From positions 6,014,001 to 6,078,000 of the forward strand of contig NC_043008.1 in the NCBI RefSeq assembly GCF_006345805.1: a stretch of 64,000 nucleotides of DNA, given 5' to 3'. Below are positions 39,760 through 51,621 of this stretch, one piece after another. Every line of letters begins with the position of its first letter. Position 1 is the first letter of the stretch. The notes below the pieces were generated by a model, which worked only from the letters and a program-made list of their open reading frames with translations, had not been told where the DNA came from and did not search any database. The translations under genes and the position numbers were made by a program. Origin of the DNA: Octopus sinensis (Eukaryota).

Positions 39760-40230
39760 GAGAGTCATAGTACACAATTTATCTGTAACAGAGTAGGCTT
39801 AGATTAGATGTAGATAAGCTTTGTCTTTAGAAGAGGTGTAATAGATGCAATCTTTATAGTGAGGCAAGTGTAGGAGAAATACCTGGCTAAGAATAAACTA
39901 CTATTGCAGACTTTTGTTGATCTGGAAAAAGTATTGGACAGAGTACAACACTCAGTAATTTGGTGGTCGTTGAGGAAACTTGGTGTAAATGAAAGGCTTG
40001 TGGGGGCTGTACATGCTATGTACAAAGATGCAGTAAGTAAAGTCAGCAAAACTTTCAGTGACAAATTCAGTGTGGAAGTAGGAGTTCATCAAGGCTGATT
40101 CCTCAGACCCCCTCCTACTCCTCAGAGTCCTACAGGTTATCAGAGATGTTTAAGACTAGCCATCCAAGAGAACACCTGTAAGCTGATGACTTAATTGTCA
40201 TAGCTGAATCTAGAAGAGAATTGGTGCAAT
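39760..40230 (+). mobile_element. RTE-clade LINE reverse transcriptase fragment
   Basis: FVDLEKVLDRVQHSVIWWSLRKLGV...SVEVGVHQG then *ADDL. Confidence 0.85.
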
Positions 40231-40504
40231 CTCCACATATTAATGGTATTTTTTTTTTTATATCAAGTGATGGTTTGAATTACTTTTACAAAAAACATGG
40301 TAGATTATACTAATAAATGAAAAGGAACCAACACTTAAGAAAAAAAAAAACAGATTCTTAAATATAGGGACCACACCATCACTTCCAACACATCACTGGC
40401 GTATTAGATACATAAAATAGGGTAAAGACACCCTTTGGGGCCTGAACCTAAAATTATGTGGTCAGGAAACAAATTTCTTAACCACATAGCTATGCCTGTT
40501 TACA

Positions 40505-40850
40505 CTAATGGTAAAGGATAAAAAAACTCCTTCAGTCATGAATGACCATGGGATTGCACCAAGAAAGTTCCTCTCCAAAGCACAAGTCTGGGCAAAGTTG
40601 TTTATGGAAGACCAGCACTCACCCATGCATACCAGCCTCCTCTTTCAATGCCACTGATATTATCCAAGGAGAAGGCAAAGGCAGAGAATGGTTTGGCACC
40701 AGTCATGTCACAATTCATTTCTAGAGCTGACTGAACTGGAGCAATGTGAAATAAAGTGTCTTGCTCAAGAACACAATGCACAGCCTGGTCTGGGAACTGA
40801 AATCATTACCTCATGATTCTGATCCCAATACTCTAACCACTGAGCTATGC
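40505..40850 (-). mobile_element. SINE S4
   Basis: Parallel to 20490-20815. Confidence 0.8.
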
Positions 40851-40879
40851 ACCATAAATACATATGTGTGTGTGTGTGT

Positions 40880-41330
40880 AATTCAATCCATACCACTGGA
40901 TATTATAAACAAGATAGAGGACTATATACACACATGAACTGGCCTATACATGTATACACAGTCTAGTCAAAAAGACAGAAACACTAACTGCAAAATAAAT
41001 ACATAAAAGATTTAAAGCAAAACCTCTTTTACCATCCACACCTTTCACAAACTCCATGCAACACACACACACACATATTCTCTCCACTGTAGTTACTCAA
41101 AGATCCAACTTTACCACACAAATGTGCATCCATGCACACACATACACACCAGAGCACACACATGTATGAATGTGCACTCAACTACACACTCTCCTTCTCT
41201 CTTTCTCTACCTCTCTCACATGCATTTACACTCCCAGCCATACGACTATATAAATACAGAACCTACAAAATGAGGGAGAATCAGACCTGAAGCAGCCCTG
41301 GAGAAGAGAGGGCAGTGATGAGGTTGTGAA
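40880..41330 (+). mobile_element. Possible Penelope 3' relic with a partial HHR
   Basis: IN(K)DRGLY-like C-terminal motif with a frameshift; tataaatac; CTGAAGCA-GCCCT/AGGGC at 41287-41313. Confidence 0.3.
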
Positions 41331-41839
41331 TGGGGCTGAGAGGACTTTCACTAACCCCACTGATTGATGAACCATATAATTAATTAAACAATCAATAAGT
41401 TAATCAGTTATATAGTTAACCAATTGACAAATGAATAACAAAGAAGTGAAACACAATCAGTGTGTGTATTTGTTATTGGCAAAAATAATCTTTCTGAGAT
41501 TGAACAAAATAATAAAATTATTAGAATAGTGATACAAAAAAGTTGAAAATTGAAATGGGAATTATTTAGATAAATGGATGATCAATATTCCAAAAAGTAG
41601 TTGGTTCTTTCACAAAGGTAAAAAAGGATTGTAGGAAGATGAGCTTGGGGGGATTTGGGATCAAAAGGAGTAACAATGAGGGCTGAAATACAATAAATAG
41701 AAATATATAACTAATTTTATAAATACCAGCTAAATGTAATCTTTAAAAGGGTTTAATTAAATTGGTGTGAACAACAAATTAACAACTTATTATATTTATC
41801 AATTAGTCCTAACTTACATCTTAAAATTTCAAAGGCCTC

Positions 41840-42800
41840 TGTAGCATAACTGATATTCTCATTGTTTGAGAGACATATTAGGAATGATCTCGTGCTAGAT
41901 AGCAACCATCTTGGGCTAGTTTGACCCTGTTGTGTCCACTGCTCTGATTGGTTGGCATTTGGCGCAGTTTGTCTTTGGACTTATTTAGAGGCCAGTGTGT
42001 AAGCCAAGCAATCAGAGCAGTGGACACAACAGGGTCAAACTGGCCCAAGATGGTTGTTATCTAGCACGAGATCATTCCTAATATGTCTCTCAAACAGTGA
42101 GGATATCAGTTACACTACACCTCCATGTAACATAAATTACGACTGCACAAACCTACTTTATATGAAAGCGCTGTCTGTAAAATTGACCATGAAATAGAGT
42201 GATCAACATTTCTCTCTTTGGGGTTCCAAATATATTTTGTGAGGGATGTATAATGCAAACTGCGCCTGTTATTGAAAGAGAATATGCAGTTACTCAATCT
42301 AAATTTTAATGCTATAGCACCAATATTGCAATACACTTTATTGGGTGTGGGGACAGAACATAACATATGTCCACAATATTTGTCACTGGTTACTCAAAAT
42401 TCAATTATATCAATTCTTACAGTTACACATGATATCAGGTTTACTAATTGTATTGTTACTAAAGCTAGTATCATAAAGTAGCACAGAATCAACAGCAATA
42501 GATCGAGATGTATTATTAACAGAGGAATTAGAGACAGATGAATAACTATATTAATTAAACATACACATAGTTTCTTATTATCACTAGTGGCTATATTATC
42601 AACTAAGTTAGGTAAAGTGGAATATGAGAATTTAATGGTGTGCCTGTTCAATAATTTACAATATTTACTTGAGCTGGGAAAGTGACTTTCCATTGCTTGG
42701 AAAAAAATTACCGTAATATCTATGGCCATTTGAAGTTTGAAGGAGGTAATTTCACTGTAAAGTAATTAGCATATATAACCTATTTGTCCCTTTGTTATTG
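41840..42800 (-). mobile_element. Decayed Penelope-like element (GIY-YIG end) with a convergent inverted terminal repeat
   Basis: KVYCNIG...SLTKYIWNPKERNVDHSISWSILQTALSYK..NLCY and LLNRHTIKFSYSTLPN match the Penelope RT C-terminus/GIY-YIG; arms 41840-41957 / 42003-42119. Confidence 0.8.
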
Positions 42801-42904
42801 TGAAGAACAATCTGACTCAACAGAGAAAAAGTTTTCCATTACTGTTATATTAGCTATGATTGTCACACAATGAACTAATAAAATAATAATCATTTCTGCT
42901 GTAG

Positions 42905-43082
42905 GTACAGGGCTTAAAATATGGAGGGACAAGGCTAGTTGGTAACATGAACCCCATTGTCTGACTGGTACTATTTTTATTGACCCTGAGCTTTTTGGAA
43001 TTTGAACTCTGAATGTAAAGACAGATGAAATGCCGCTAAGCATTCTGTTTGAAGTTCAAATGGTTCTGTGAGCTCACCACAC
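42905..43082 (-). mobile_element. SINE S2, diverged
   Basis: ctggtactatttttattgaccc..gaatttgaactctgaatg..ccgctaagcat. Confidence 0.7.
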
Positions 43083-44094
43083 TGATAGTAGTTGTAGTAG
43101 TAGTAGAAATAGTAGTAGTAGTCTATCTTTAATTAGTCACAAAGGCTTGAAGAAATACAAAAATATGAAACTTTTTCTTTAAGTGCTACAAAATAAAGTG
43201 GAGTTAAAAGATAAATTTCTAAAGATAAAAAAAGGAGGGGGTAGAGAAATATACAGTATATGAATGGACAGATTAAGATTTTAAATAAATATATATATAT
43301 ATATCAATGAAAATAAAATATAAACATACAATTAAGCTAATGACAATTGAACCACGATGTAATTAAAAAGAAAACAAAGTGAAAGATTAGGTTGGGTTTG
43401 AACACTCAACAATCTAATCCATTATGAATTAATCCTGATTATAAGTGCAACCGAATGCAACAGTATGCATTTTTTTTGAGATATTTAATCTTGAAAGATA
43501 TACTCTTTTGAGATTCATTCCCCTCCCCTCCACTCTCATTGTGTGAGTGTGCGTGTGTGCGTGCATGTATGCATGTGTGTGTGTGTGCGTGCATGTATGC
43601 ATGTGTGTGTGTGTGTGTTATGGATGCAGGAATAATTTTTTTTTGATCAAGAAGCTCACTTCCAAACCATGTTGATTTTTGTTTCACCCCTCTTTGCACA
43701 GGACCCTGGGCAATTGTATATTATTACAGTCTAGTCCTGGCCAAAACTTTTGAGTGGATTTAATAGACAGAAACTGAAAGAATCCCATTATATGCATTTG
43801 TTTTTGAGTTTCTGTTTACATGTTCTTTGAATATCAATCTATAAGCAGCAAGGCTCTTGCCATTTCTCTGGTCAACAAAATCGTCTGCTGGCTTTGCATC
43901 TTTGAAGACATGTGAGATACAAGATCCTTACTTGAAAAACAGGCAAGTGTTAGAGACAGCAAGGGCATCTGGCTATAAAATAAGGCCTTGAAAATACAGT
44001 CATCTAACCCATGCTAGCATGAAATAATGGACGTAAAACAAATGAAAAAATATAGACAGTGTACACACACACACATCGACACAAAAGAATAATT

Positions 44095-44286
44095 ACTCTT
44101 TTACTTGTTTCATTCATTTGACTGTGGCCATGCTGGAGCACTGCCTTTAGTCGTGCAAATTGACTCAAGGACTTATTCTTTGTAAGCCTAGTACTTATTC
44201 TATCAGTCTCTTTGCCGAACCACTAAGTTATGGGGACGTAAACACACCAGCATCAGTTGTCAAGCGATGTTGAGGTGGGGAGGACA

Positions 44287-44372
<86 letters not shown>

Positions 44373-44925
44373 TATTCAAAGAAATTCCAACTCTGTTTTT
44401 TGATGTTTTATTTATATTCTTTATAATATTAATGTAGAATATAGAATATATAGTATAAATAATATATATAGTAAAATGAAATGAAGTATTGATTGCCTTA
44501 TTGAATAGATGAACTATTGAATATATAATATGAAGGGATATACTATATATATATATATTATACTTTATTTAAAGCAGCAGAAAATTCAACAAAACCTGTT
44601 ACTCTGAGTTTCCCGTTGCCGTTCATCGGACGGCAACGGGAAACTCAGAGTAACAGGTTTTATTGAATTTTCTGCTGCTTTAAATAAAGCATATTACTCT
44701 ACCACTGGTATTTGAGTACTCTTTTTTCCACCTTGTTTCACATTTATGTGTTTACTCCGGTATATATATATATATGACGGGCTTCTTTCAGTTTTCATCT
44801 ACCAAATCCACTCACAGGGCTTTGGCCGGCCCGAGGCTATAGTAGAAGACACTTGCCCAAGGTGCCGTGCAGTGGGACTGAACCCGGAACCATGTAGTTG
44901 GTAAGCAAGCTACTTACCACACCTA
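44095..44925 (-). mobile_element. SINE S1 split by microsatellite expansion and nested inserts
   Basis: 3' part 44095-44290 and 5' part 44770-44925. Confidence 0.8.
44563..44689. repeat. Near-perfect hairpin, 62-bp arms, 3-nt loop
   Basis: ctttatttaaagcagcag...ccgttc ATC ggacgg...ctgctgctttaaataaag. Confidence 0.95.
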
Positions 44926-45374
44926 TTTATAAATATATTATATCTCGATTTATCGTAAATCTAAAGTATTCCACTTTAATACATGTGTCTCTCTACGCTG
45001 TAGCAATATATGTTTCACATAAGTAGAACTAAAGCCAAACAGTGGAATTTTATATCAGTTGGTCATAACTAGTTTATGCGACTAATGGACACCGGCATCA
45101 CAGAGAGAGAGGATGTTTAAAGAAAGGAGAAAACTTATTGAAAATGGATTATGAATACATTTAAGTAAATTAAGAGAGCAATAATAACCGACTCAGCCTG
45201 ATATTTAACAGTTTAAGATGTTTTACAGTCAAAGTTACAACTGCAAATAAGCCATTCAAGTGTTTAATTATGTTGGAGTCAGTTGAGAGAACGAATAAAG
45301 GAAAAGAGAAGGATTGATGTTAGTCTACTAGTTTTGCGGTAGATTGTAATGTAGTAAGACCAAAACTGCATTAT

Positions 45375-45782
45375 ATACTCTTTTACTCTTTTACTTGTTT
45401 CAGTCATTTGACTGCGGCCATGCTGGAGCACCGCCTTTAGTCGATCAAATCGACCCCGGGACTTATTCTTTGTAAGCCCAGTACTTATTCTATCGGTCTC
45501 TTTTGCTAAGTGACGGGGACGTAAACACACCAGCATCGGTTGTCAAGCAATGCTAGGGGGACAAACACAGACATACAAACACATACACACATACATATAT
45601 ATATACATACATATATACGACAGGCTTCTTTCAGTTTCCGTCTACCAAATCCACTCACATCCATTGGTCGGCCTGGGGCTATAGCAGAAGACACTTGCCC
45701 ATAGTGCCACGCAGTGGGACTGAATCCGCAACCATGTGGTTGGTAAGCAAGCTACTTACCACACAGCCACTCCTGCGCCTAT
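45375..45782 (-). mobile_element. SINE S1, full length, young
   Basis: Complete reversed head and tail with CpGs retained. Confidence 0.9.
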
Positions 45783-46194
45783 ATATATTAAATAAAAATG
45801 TAAAGTAATCTTAATGGCTGTGAATAATTGTTTTATGTGATCAAGCAAAGCAGATTATGTTGCTAGGTGTTGGAATTCCCATCAATGGACTGTTTTACAA
45901 ATAATTATTGTTATCACATCCAAAAGAAATTCACTTTCTGTAAACTCTCCTGTAAATACCGTTTCTCCTGCTTGATGTGATCTTAAAACAAAATAGTTTC
46001 TATAATGTTTTGACTCTGATGGCGTATTTCCCTGTTGGTCATTCTCTTCCGTTCTGTCGGCGGCTTTTATAAATAATTCACGTGTCTAGAGAGTGGATGA
46101 TGCGATTTTCTATGACATACATTTTGTTGCTTGGTTTCAATTACAGAAAGAAATTAGAGATTTCAAAACAGAACTTATTTTGAAAATGGAAAAT

Positions 46195-46255
46195 ACACAC
46201 ACACACACGCATACATATATATATATATGCATATATACACATACATGCTCACACA

Positions 46256-46293
<38 letters not shown>

Positions 46294-46306
46294 CATACAT
46301 ACTCAC

Positions 46307-46337
<31 letters not shown>

Positions 46338-46580
46338 CATACACACACATATATACTCACGTATATACATATATATATATACATACACACACATACATAT
46401 ATACATGTATACACACACATACATATATACATACATATATATATATATATATACATATATACACATACATACACACACATACATACATATATACACATAT
46501 ACTCACATATATACACATATACTCACATATATACATATATATATATATACATACACATACATATATACATACATGTATCT
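46195..46580. repeat. Compound (CA)/(TA)/(TACA) microsatellite
   Basis: Seen directly. Confidence 0.95.
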
Positions 46581-46911
46581 CACAACAGAGTAGATTAAAT
46601 TACATAAGATTAAACAAGAGATGGAGAAAAGGGACACACAGACAGATTGCGAAAGAGAGCAAGTGGTTTAACGATCTATAGATATAAAGATAAATATGTA
46701 TATTTAATATAATTAAGTATGTTGGATAATGACTTAAGAGTTGTCTTGCAACTAATTAGACCATTAATAAAATGGAATAAAGTGTCATTTTATTTATATA
46801 TATATTTTATATTTATAGATAAATTCCTCTATTTACATAATATCGAAGTCTTGTTCATTCTTTTATTGTCATACCATCACTATTAATTAATATATATGTG
46901 TGTGTGTGTGT

Positions 46912-47275
46912 GAAGGTGCATAGCTCAGTGGTTAGAGCATCAAGCTTACAATCTTGAGGTTGTGAGTTCACTTCCGAAACCGGGCCATGTTTGTGTTCTT
47001 GAGCAAGACACTTTATTTCATGTTGCTCCAGTTCACTCAGCTGTAGATAAGAGCTGCAACGTCACTGGTGCCAAGCTGTATCGGCCCCTTTGTCTTTCCC
47101 TTGGATAACATCAGTGGCGTGGAATGGGGAGGCTGGTATGTACAGGCGACTGCGGGTCTTCCATAAAAACAACCACAGGTTGTGCATTTGCCAGTGAGGC
47201 AATTTCCACCTGGACTTGTACCACGGAGGGGAACTTCTTAGGTGCATCCATGGTCTTTCGTGACCGACAGAATCA
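46912..47275 (+). mobile_element. SINE S4
   Basis: gaaggtgcatagctcagtggttagagc head. Confidence 0.85.
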
Positions 47276-47290
47276 AGTTATATATATGTA

Positions 47291-47393
<103 letters not shown>

Positions 47394-47674
47394 AGGGAGC
47401 ATGTAAATAGCAGGTCTATTGTTGAAAACTTTCGAATACACATGTTCTGTTTGTCTCTAAAGACATAGTGTTATGGAACCTCTTTAAGATGGTAAGGTTT
47501 GATTTTGACTGGGAACTGGAACTATTATGCTGGTGAGTGTATCTGATCGAATCAGTCTTATTGTGTGAAGACCTTAGTTTCTATAGTTACAAGAAGAACA
47601 TAGAAAAGAGGAAACTTAACAGGTCAAAAAAGTCTGGTATTGTCCATGGGACAATGGTAAGAAACAAATTTTAT

Positions 47675-47902
47675 TTAACCCTTTCGAATTTAATCCAACC
47701 ACATCAGGCCAAAATATTCTACCCGATCTATGGTAAGACAGGCCAGGTTTGGCCTCTCACACCTACACTACCATGTCATTGTAAAAATAAACAATTACAA
47801 CATTGAAAATTTGAAGCTACAAGATAATGAATGGTGGATACAAACCAATGGGAATAAATTAGCATCACGTTTTGGAGAATAATTTGAATACTAAAGGGTT
47901 AA
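47675..47902. mobile_element. piggyBac-type MITE M2
   Basis: TTAA|ccctttc ... ctaaaggg|TTAA. Confidence 0.75.
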
Positions 47903-48336
47903 AATAGAATACACACACACACACGTGTGTATGTATTATCATCATTTGATGTCCACATTCCATGCTGGCATGGGTTAGGGGATTTAACAGGATCCAAGGG
48001 GTCAATTGACCACGTTATACTCCACTGTTTGCATTGGTATGGTTTCTATAGCTGGAGAGCTGTTCCTAGCATTGACCCCTTTACAGAATGTCCTGGGTCA
48101 CCAGTAAAAGTGAGGGAAATATGAACCTACACAGCCATACATACACACACATATTCTGATAGAATCTTCCATGTGTTAACATGTACCTCCTTGCCACAAT
48201 GAAAATTTTTATTTAATGAAGATATCCTTGGCATGAAGAGTAGCCTGTGGTACATACCTCACTTGGATATTTACCACTTCTGAGGTTCTGCTTGCTATGA
48301 AACACATGTAGCCTAGATCTACTCCATTCCTTAACT

Positions 48337-48373
<37 letters not shown>

Positions 48374-48381
<8 letters not shown>

Positions 48382-48990
48382 ATTGGTGAATTGAAGAAAT
48401 GGAGCTGAACGCAGATTGAACAGAAATCGTTTTATTCATTCTCACGTGTTTCGAAAGGCACAAATTACCAAAATCCGATTGAATAATGGGACCATATTGT
48501 GTCTTTCTCTTCAGGAAGAAAAAAGGAAATCCGTGGAAAAACAAAAACAGAACAGAGGCGGAGCAAAAACAAATCGAACAGTTTCGCCATGGGCTCTTAG
48601 GAGCTTAGTTCTGAGGTTCTGCTTGCTATGAAACACATGTAGCCTAGATCTACTCCATTCCTTAACTCTTCTGTTCTGTTTTGCTCCGCCTCTGTTCTGT
48701 TTTTGTTTTTCCAACGGATTTCCTTTTTTCTTCCTGAAGAGAAAGACACAATATGGTCCCATTATTCAATCGGATTTTGGTAATTTGTGCCTTTCGAAAC
48801 ACGTGTAGAATGAAATAAAACGATTTCTGTTCAATCTGCGTTCAGCTCCATTTCTTCAATTCACCAATAATGTTTTAATTTCAATTATCCGCACCAACGC
48901 ACGGTTGCAACGCCAGATGGTGTACCTCCAACCGTGCTGTTTACTGCTGTGATTTTTGCTACTAAGGTATCGGTTAAACTTTGATTAATC
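48374..48990. mobile_element. P2: head-to-head Penelope-type terminal repeat pair with HHRs
   Basis: Arms 48374-48568 / 48679-48876 (about 195 bp); the right arm continues further 3'. Confidence 0.8.
48726..48815 (+). ncRNA. Type I hammerhead ribozyme, canonical core (P2)
   Basis: CUGAAGA 48734-40; stem II gaaagacacaa/ttgtgcctttc with G10.1-C11.1; GAAA 48796-99; helix III ACACGUGU; GUA cleavage triplet ending at 48807; stem I tttcttc/gaatgaaa with one mismatch. Confidence 0.75.
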
Positions 48991-49018
48991 TACTACATGA
49001 TTATTCATCTTCTATTTC

Positions 49019-49051
<33 letters not shown>

Positions 49052-49290
49052 TGGAATAGGTATGTATTTCTAGCATCTCTATATCTAACTAACCCAGAAA
49101 TGGCGGTCTCAAGTAATCGATGTACGAGTGATCTTTCATTATTTTTCCCGCTATACCTACATGAATTGTTTTTGAGTATACAATGTCTGGGAGACTCTTC
49201 TTATAGTAGAGGAAATATATAATTCCTACTAATGTAAAATGTGTTTAGTGCCTCTGTCCACTCAGACATGTACATGTGTATGTATGTATG

Positions 49291-49322
<32 letters not shown>

Positions 49323-49356
49323 ATATATACTCACATACATACATACGTATGTATTC

Positions 49357-49550
49357 AGTCACCATGATAGATCGTTAGCCACTACACATTTTTTTCTCTC
49401 CTTGTTTTTTCTGTGTCCCTTTCTGTAGAAGTGCGTAGGCTCGAAATGTAAAAGACTTTTTCTATTCCTGAGCATTATACTAATACATCTGTTTGTTTTG
49501 TACACCACCTGTCTTCGTCTTTTGTTTTTTTCGTAAACTCTCCCTATATA
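49357..49550 (+). mobile_element. P3 repeat (second copy at 63547-63742) with HHR-like motif
   Basis: Colinear, highly similar to 63547-63742; cttt-CTGTAGA-A-gtgc gtag gctc-GAAA-TGT-A-aaag at 49419-49454. Confidence 0.75.
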
Positions 49551-49656
49551 TATGTATAAGTATATAAAGTTAATCCAAACATGAAAACACAACAATGCGA
49601 GGATGTGGAACAAGTATAGTATTATTGGATGCTCAGGAAAGAAGGAAAGAAGGAGG

Positions 49657-49691
49657 GTTTAACGTTTCGAGCGAAGCTCTTCGTCAGAAAC
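49657..49691 (-). ncRNA. Minimal type I hammerhead ribozyme (P4)
   Basis: Reverse complement: GUUU CUGACGA A GAGC UUC GCUC GAAA CGU U AAAC; all core positions and stems I and II intact. Confidence 0.75.
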
Positions 49692-49762
49692 ATAGGAAAA
49701 GGAAAGATCCAAAGAAAGGAAGATGGAGGGAAAAAAATCGCCAACGGTACACACGTGGTCAC

Positions 49763-49794
<32 letters not shown>

Positions 49795-49815
49795 ATACAC
49801 ACACATGCATACTCA

Positions 49816-50718
49816 CATGGTGGTATCAAAAATTCTCCCAAACAAATTTAATAAAAAATAACCTATTTCTTAAGTTCTAACATCATCTCCTTCGAAACAG
49901 TCACCTTACACAGCATTCCTGCCACTTTTGCAATCCAGCCTGGAAGTCGTTTTCTGTAAGTGGGTCAAGGACCTTCTGTGATTTGGTCTGGATCCGGAGA
50001 ACTGTGTTAAAATAGTGACCTTCGAGCTGGCTTTTCATCTTGGCGAAGAGATGGAAATCCACAGGTGCTAAATCTGGCGAATAGGGTGGGTGTGGAAGTG
50101 ATACAATGTTGATCTTTAGATGAGGAATTCATGAGTGAGGAGAGCTTGATGACAAGGATCACTGTCATCATGAAGAATCCAATTCTTTGTGCACCACAGA
50201 TCTGGTCGCTTCCCCCAAGTGTCCTCAATCAAATGCTTCAAAACATTCCAGTAGAACTCTCAGTTGATGGCCTGGCCCTGGGGAATGAACTCTCCATGCA
50301 CAATACCACATTTTCGGGGGTGATGCTCGTGGCAGGTCTTCCAGAATGTTCATTGTCTTCCAGAGATGCTCTTCCATTTTTGAAGCACCCATGCCTCTTG
50401 GAGCATTGCATGTGACCCATAGCCTTGTCACTGTAACCTGGCCAAAGCATGATCAATGTCTCTGTAGCAGACTTCCCAGGTTTAATGCAAAATTTCACGC
50501 TGGCCCTTTGTTCCTATCCATCACAAAATCACAAACTACAGCAAACACATAATCACAAAAACACAAATTTCACCAAGTTACAAAGTAAAGACAGCAATGT
50601 CACTCAACACACTCTCTCATGAAGGTCACTGCTGGCTCTCACTTCACACGCAACCATGTGCTGCCGTTTATTGGCGTGCTACAGAACTAGTCCAGGAACT
50701 TTTTGAAACCACCTCGTA
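49816..50718 (-). mobile_element. Internally deleted, decayed mariner transposon
   Basis: KFCIKPGKSATETL...FKNGRASLEDNEHSGRPATS (mariner HTH region); TIRs tacgaggtggtttcaaaaag / catggtggtatcaaaaat; TA at the right end. Confidence 0.85.
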
Positions 50719-50748
50719 TATAGAAATATATATATATATATATATATA

Positions 50749-50975
50749 ATACAAAATGGGACAAGAATGCAAAACATCCGGACAACTAGGTGATACAAAA
50801 AGGGACAACAAAACATCCAGACAGACGATACAAAAAAAACAAGGACGGGTCATTCGAAGCTTTTTTCTTCAGTCAAGAACCAGATCATCCTCGCAATTTC
50901 AGCTGATTAATCTTGTTGTCTCTTTTTGTATCACCTAGTTGTCCGGATGTTTTGCGTTCTTGTCCCACTTTGTAT
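50749..50975. repeat. Inverted repeat, 63-bp arms, inside (TA)n (P5)
   Basis: 50749-50811 versus 50913-50975. Confidence 0.85.
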
Positions 50976-51002
50976 TTTATATATATACATATATATATAT
51001 AT

Positions 51003-51375
51003 ATCATCATCATCATTTAACGTCCGCTTTCCATGCTAGCATGGGTTGGACGGTTCAACTGGGGTCTGGGGAGCCCGAAGGCTGCACCAGGCCAGTCAGA
51101 TCTGGCAGTGTTTCTACAGCTGGATGCCCTTCCTAACGCCAACCACTCCGAGAGTGTAGTGGGTGATTTTATGTGCCACCGACACAGGTGCCAGACGAGG
51201 CTGGCGAACGGCCACGCTCGGATGGTGTTTTTATGTGCCACCGACACAGGTGCCAGACGAGGCTGACGAACGGCCACGATCGGACGGTGTTTCTTACGTG
51301 CCCACAGCACGGAGGCCAGTCGATGCGGTACTGGCTACGGCCACGTTCGGATGGTTTTCTTGTGTGCCACCGGCA
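51003..51375 (-). mobile_element. SINE S3, young, with about 60-bp internal tandem units
   Basis: ttttatgtgccaccgacacaggtgccagacgaggctg.cgaacggccacg.tcgga.ggtg occurs twice, plus degenerate copies. Confidence 0.9.
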
Positions 51376-51401
51376 AGCGACATATGTACACTTTGTTCTC
51401 T

Positions 51402-51446
<45 letters not shown>

Positions 51447-51575
51447 CAGCATACATACACTTTGTTCTCTTATGTGTGTGTATATATATGTATATATATC
51501 TGAAGGAAATGTAGCAATAAGCATGTGAATAAGCAGAGTAACATTGCTGTAGATTCTAAACTTAATTCTTCTGCG

Positions 51576-51621
<46 letters not shown>

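Noticed and set aside
44595-44640. Minus-strand CCGATGA..GAAAC at the hairpin apex
   Set aside because: U4>C, a 10.1-11.1 mismatch and no stem I
46093-46681. HIYIY-type ORFs, also at 10.6, 15.7, 27.0 and 39.3 kb
   Set aside because: Dinucleotide and tetranucleotide microsatellites lack stops by construction
50840-50890. Minus-strand CTGAAGA in the P5 spacer
   Set aside because: Followed by GAAT, with stem II out of register; not a hammerhead as it stands
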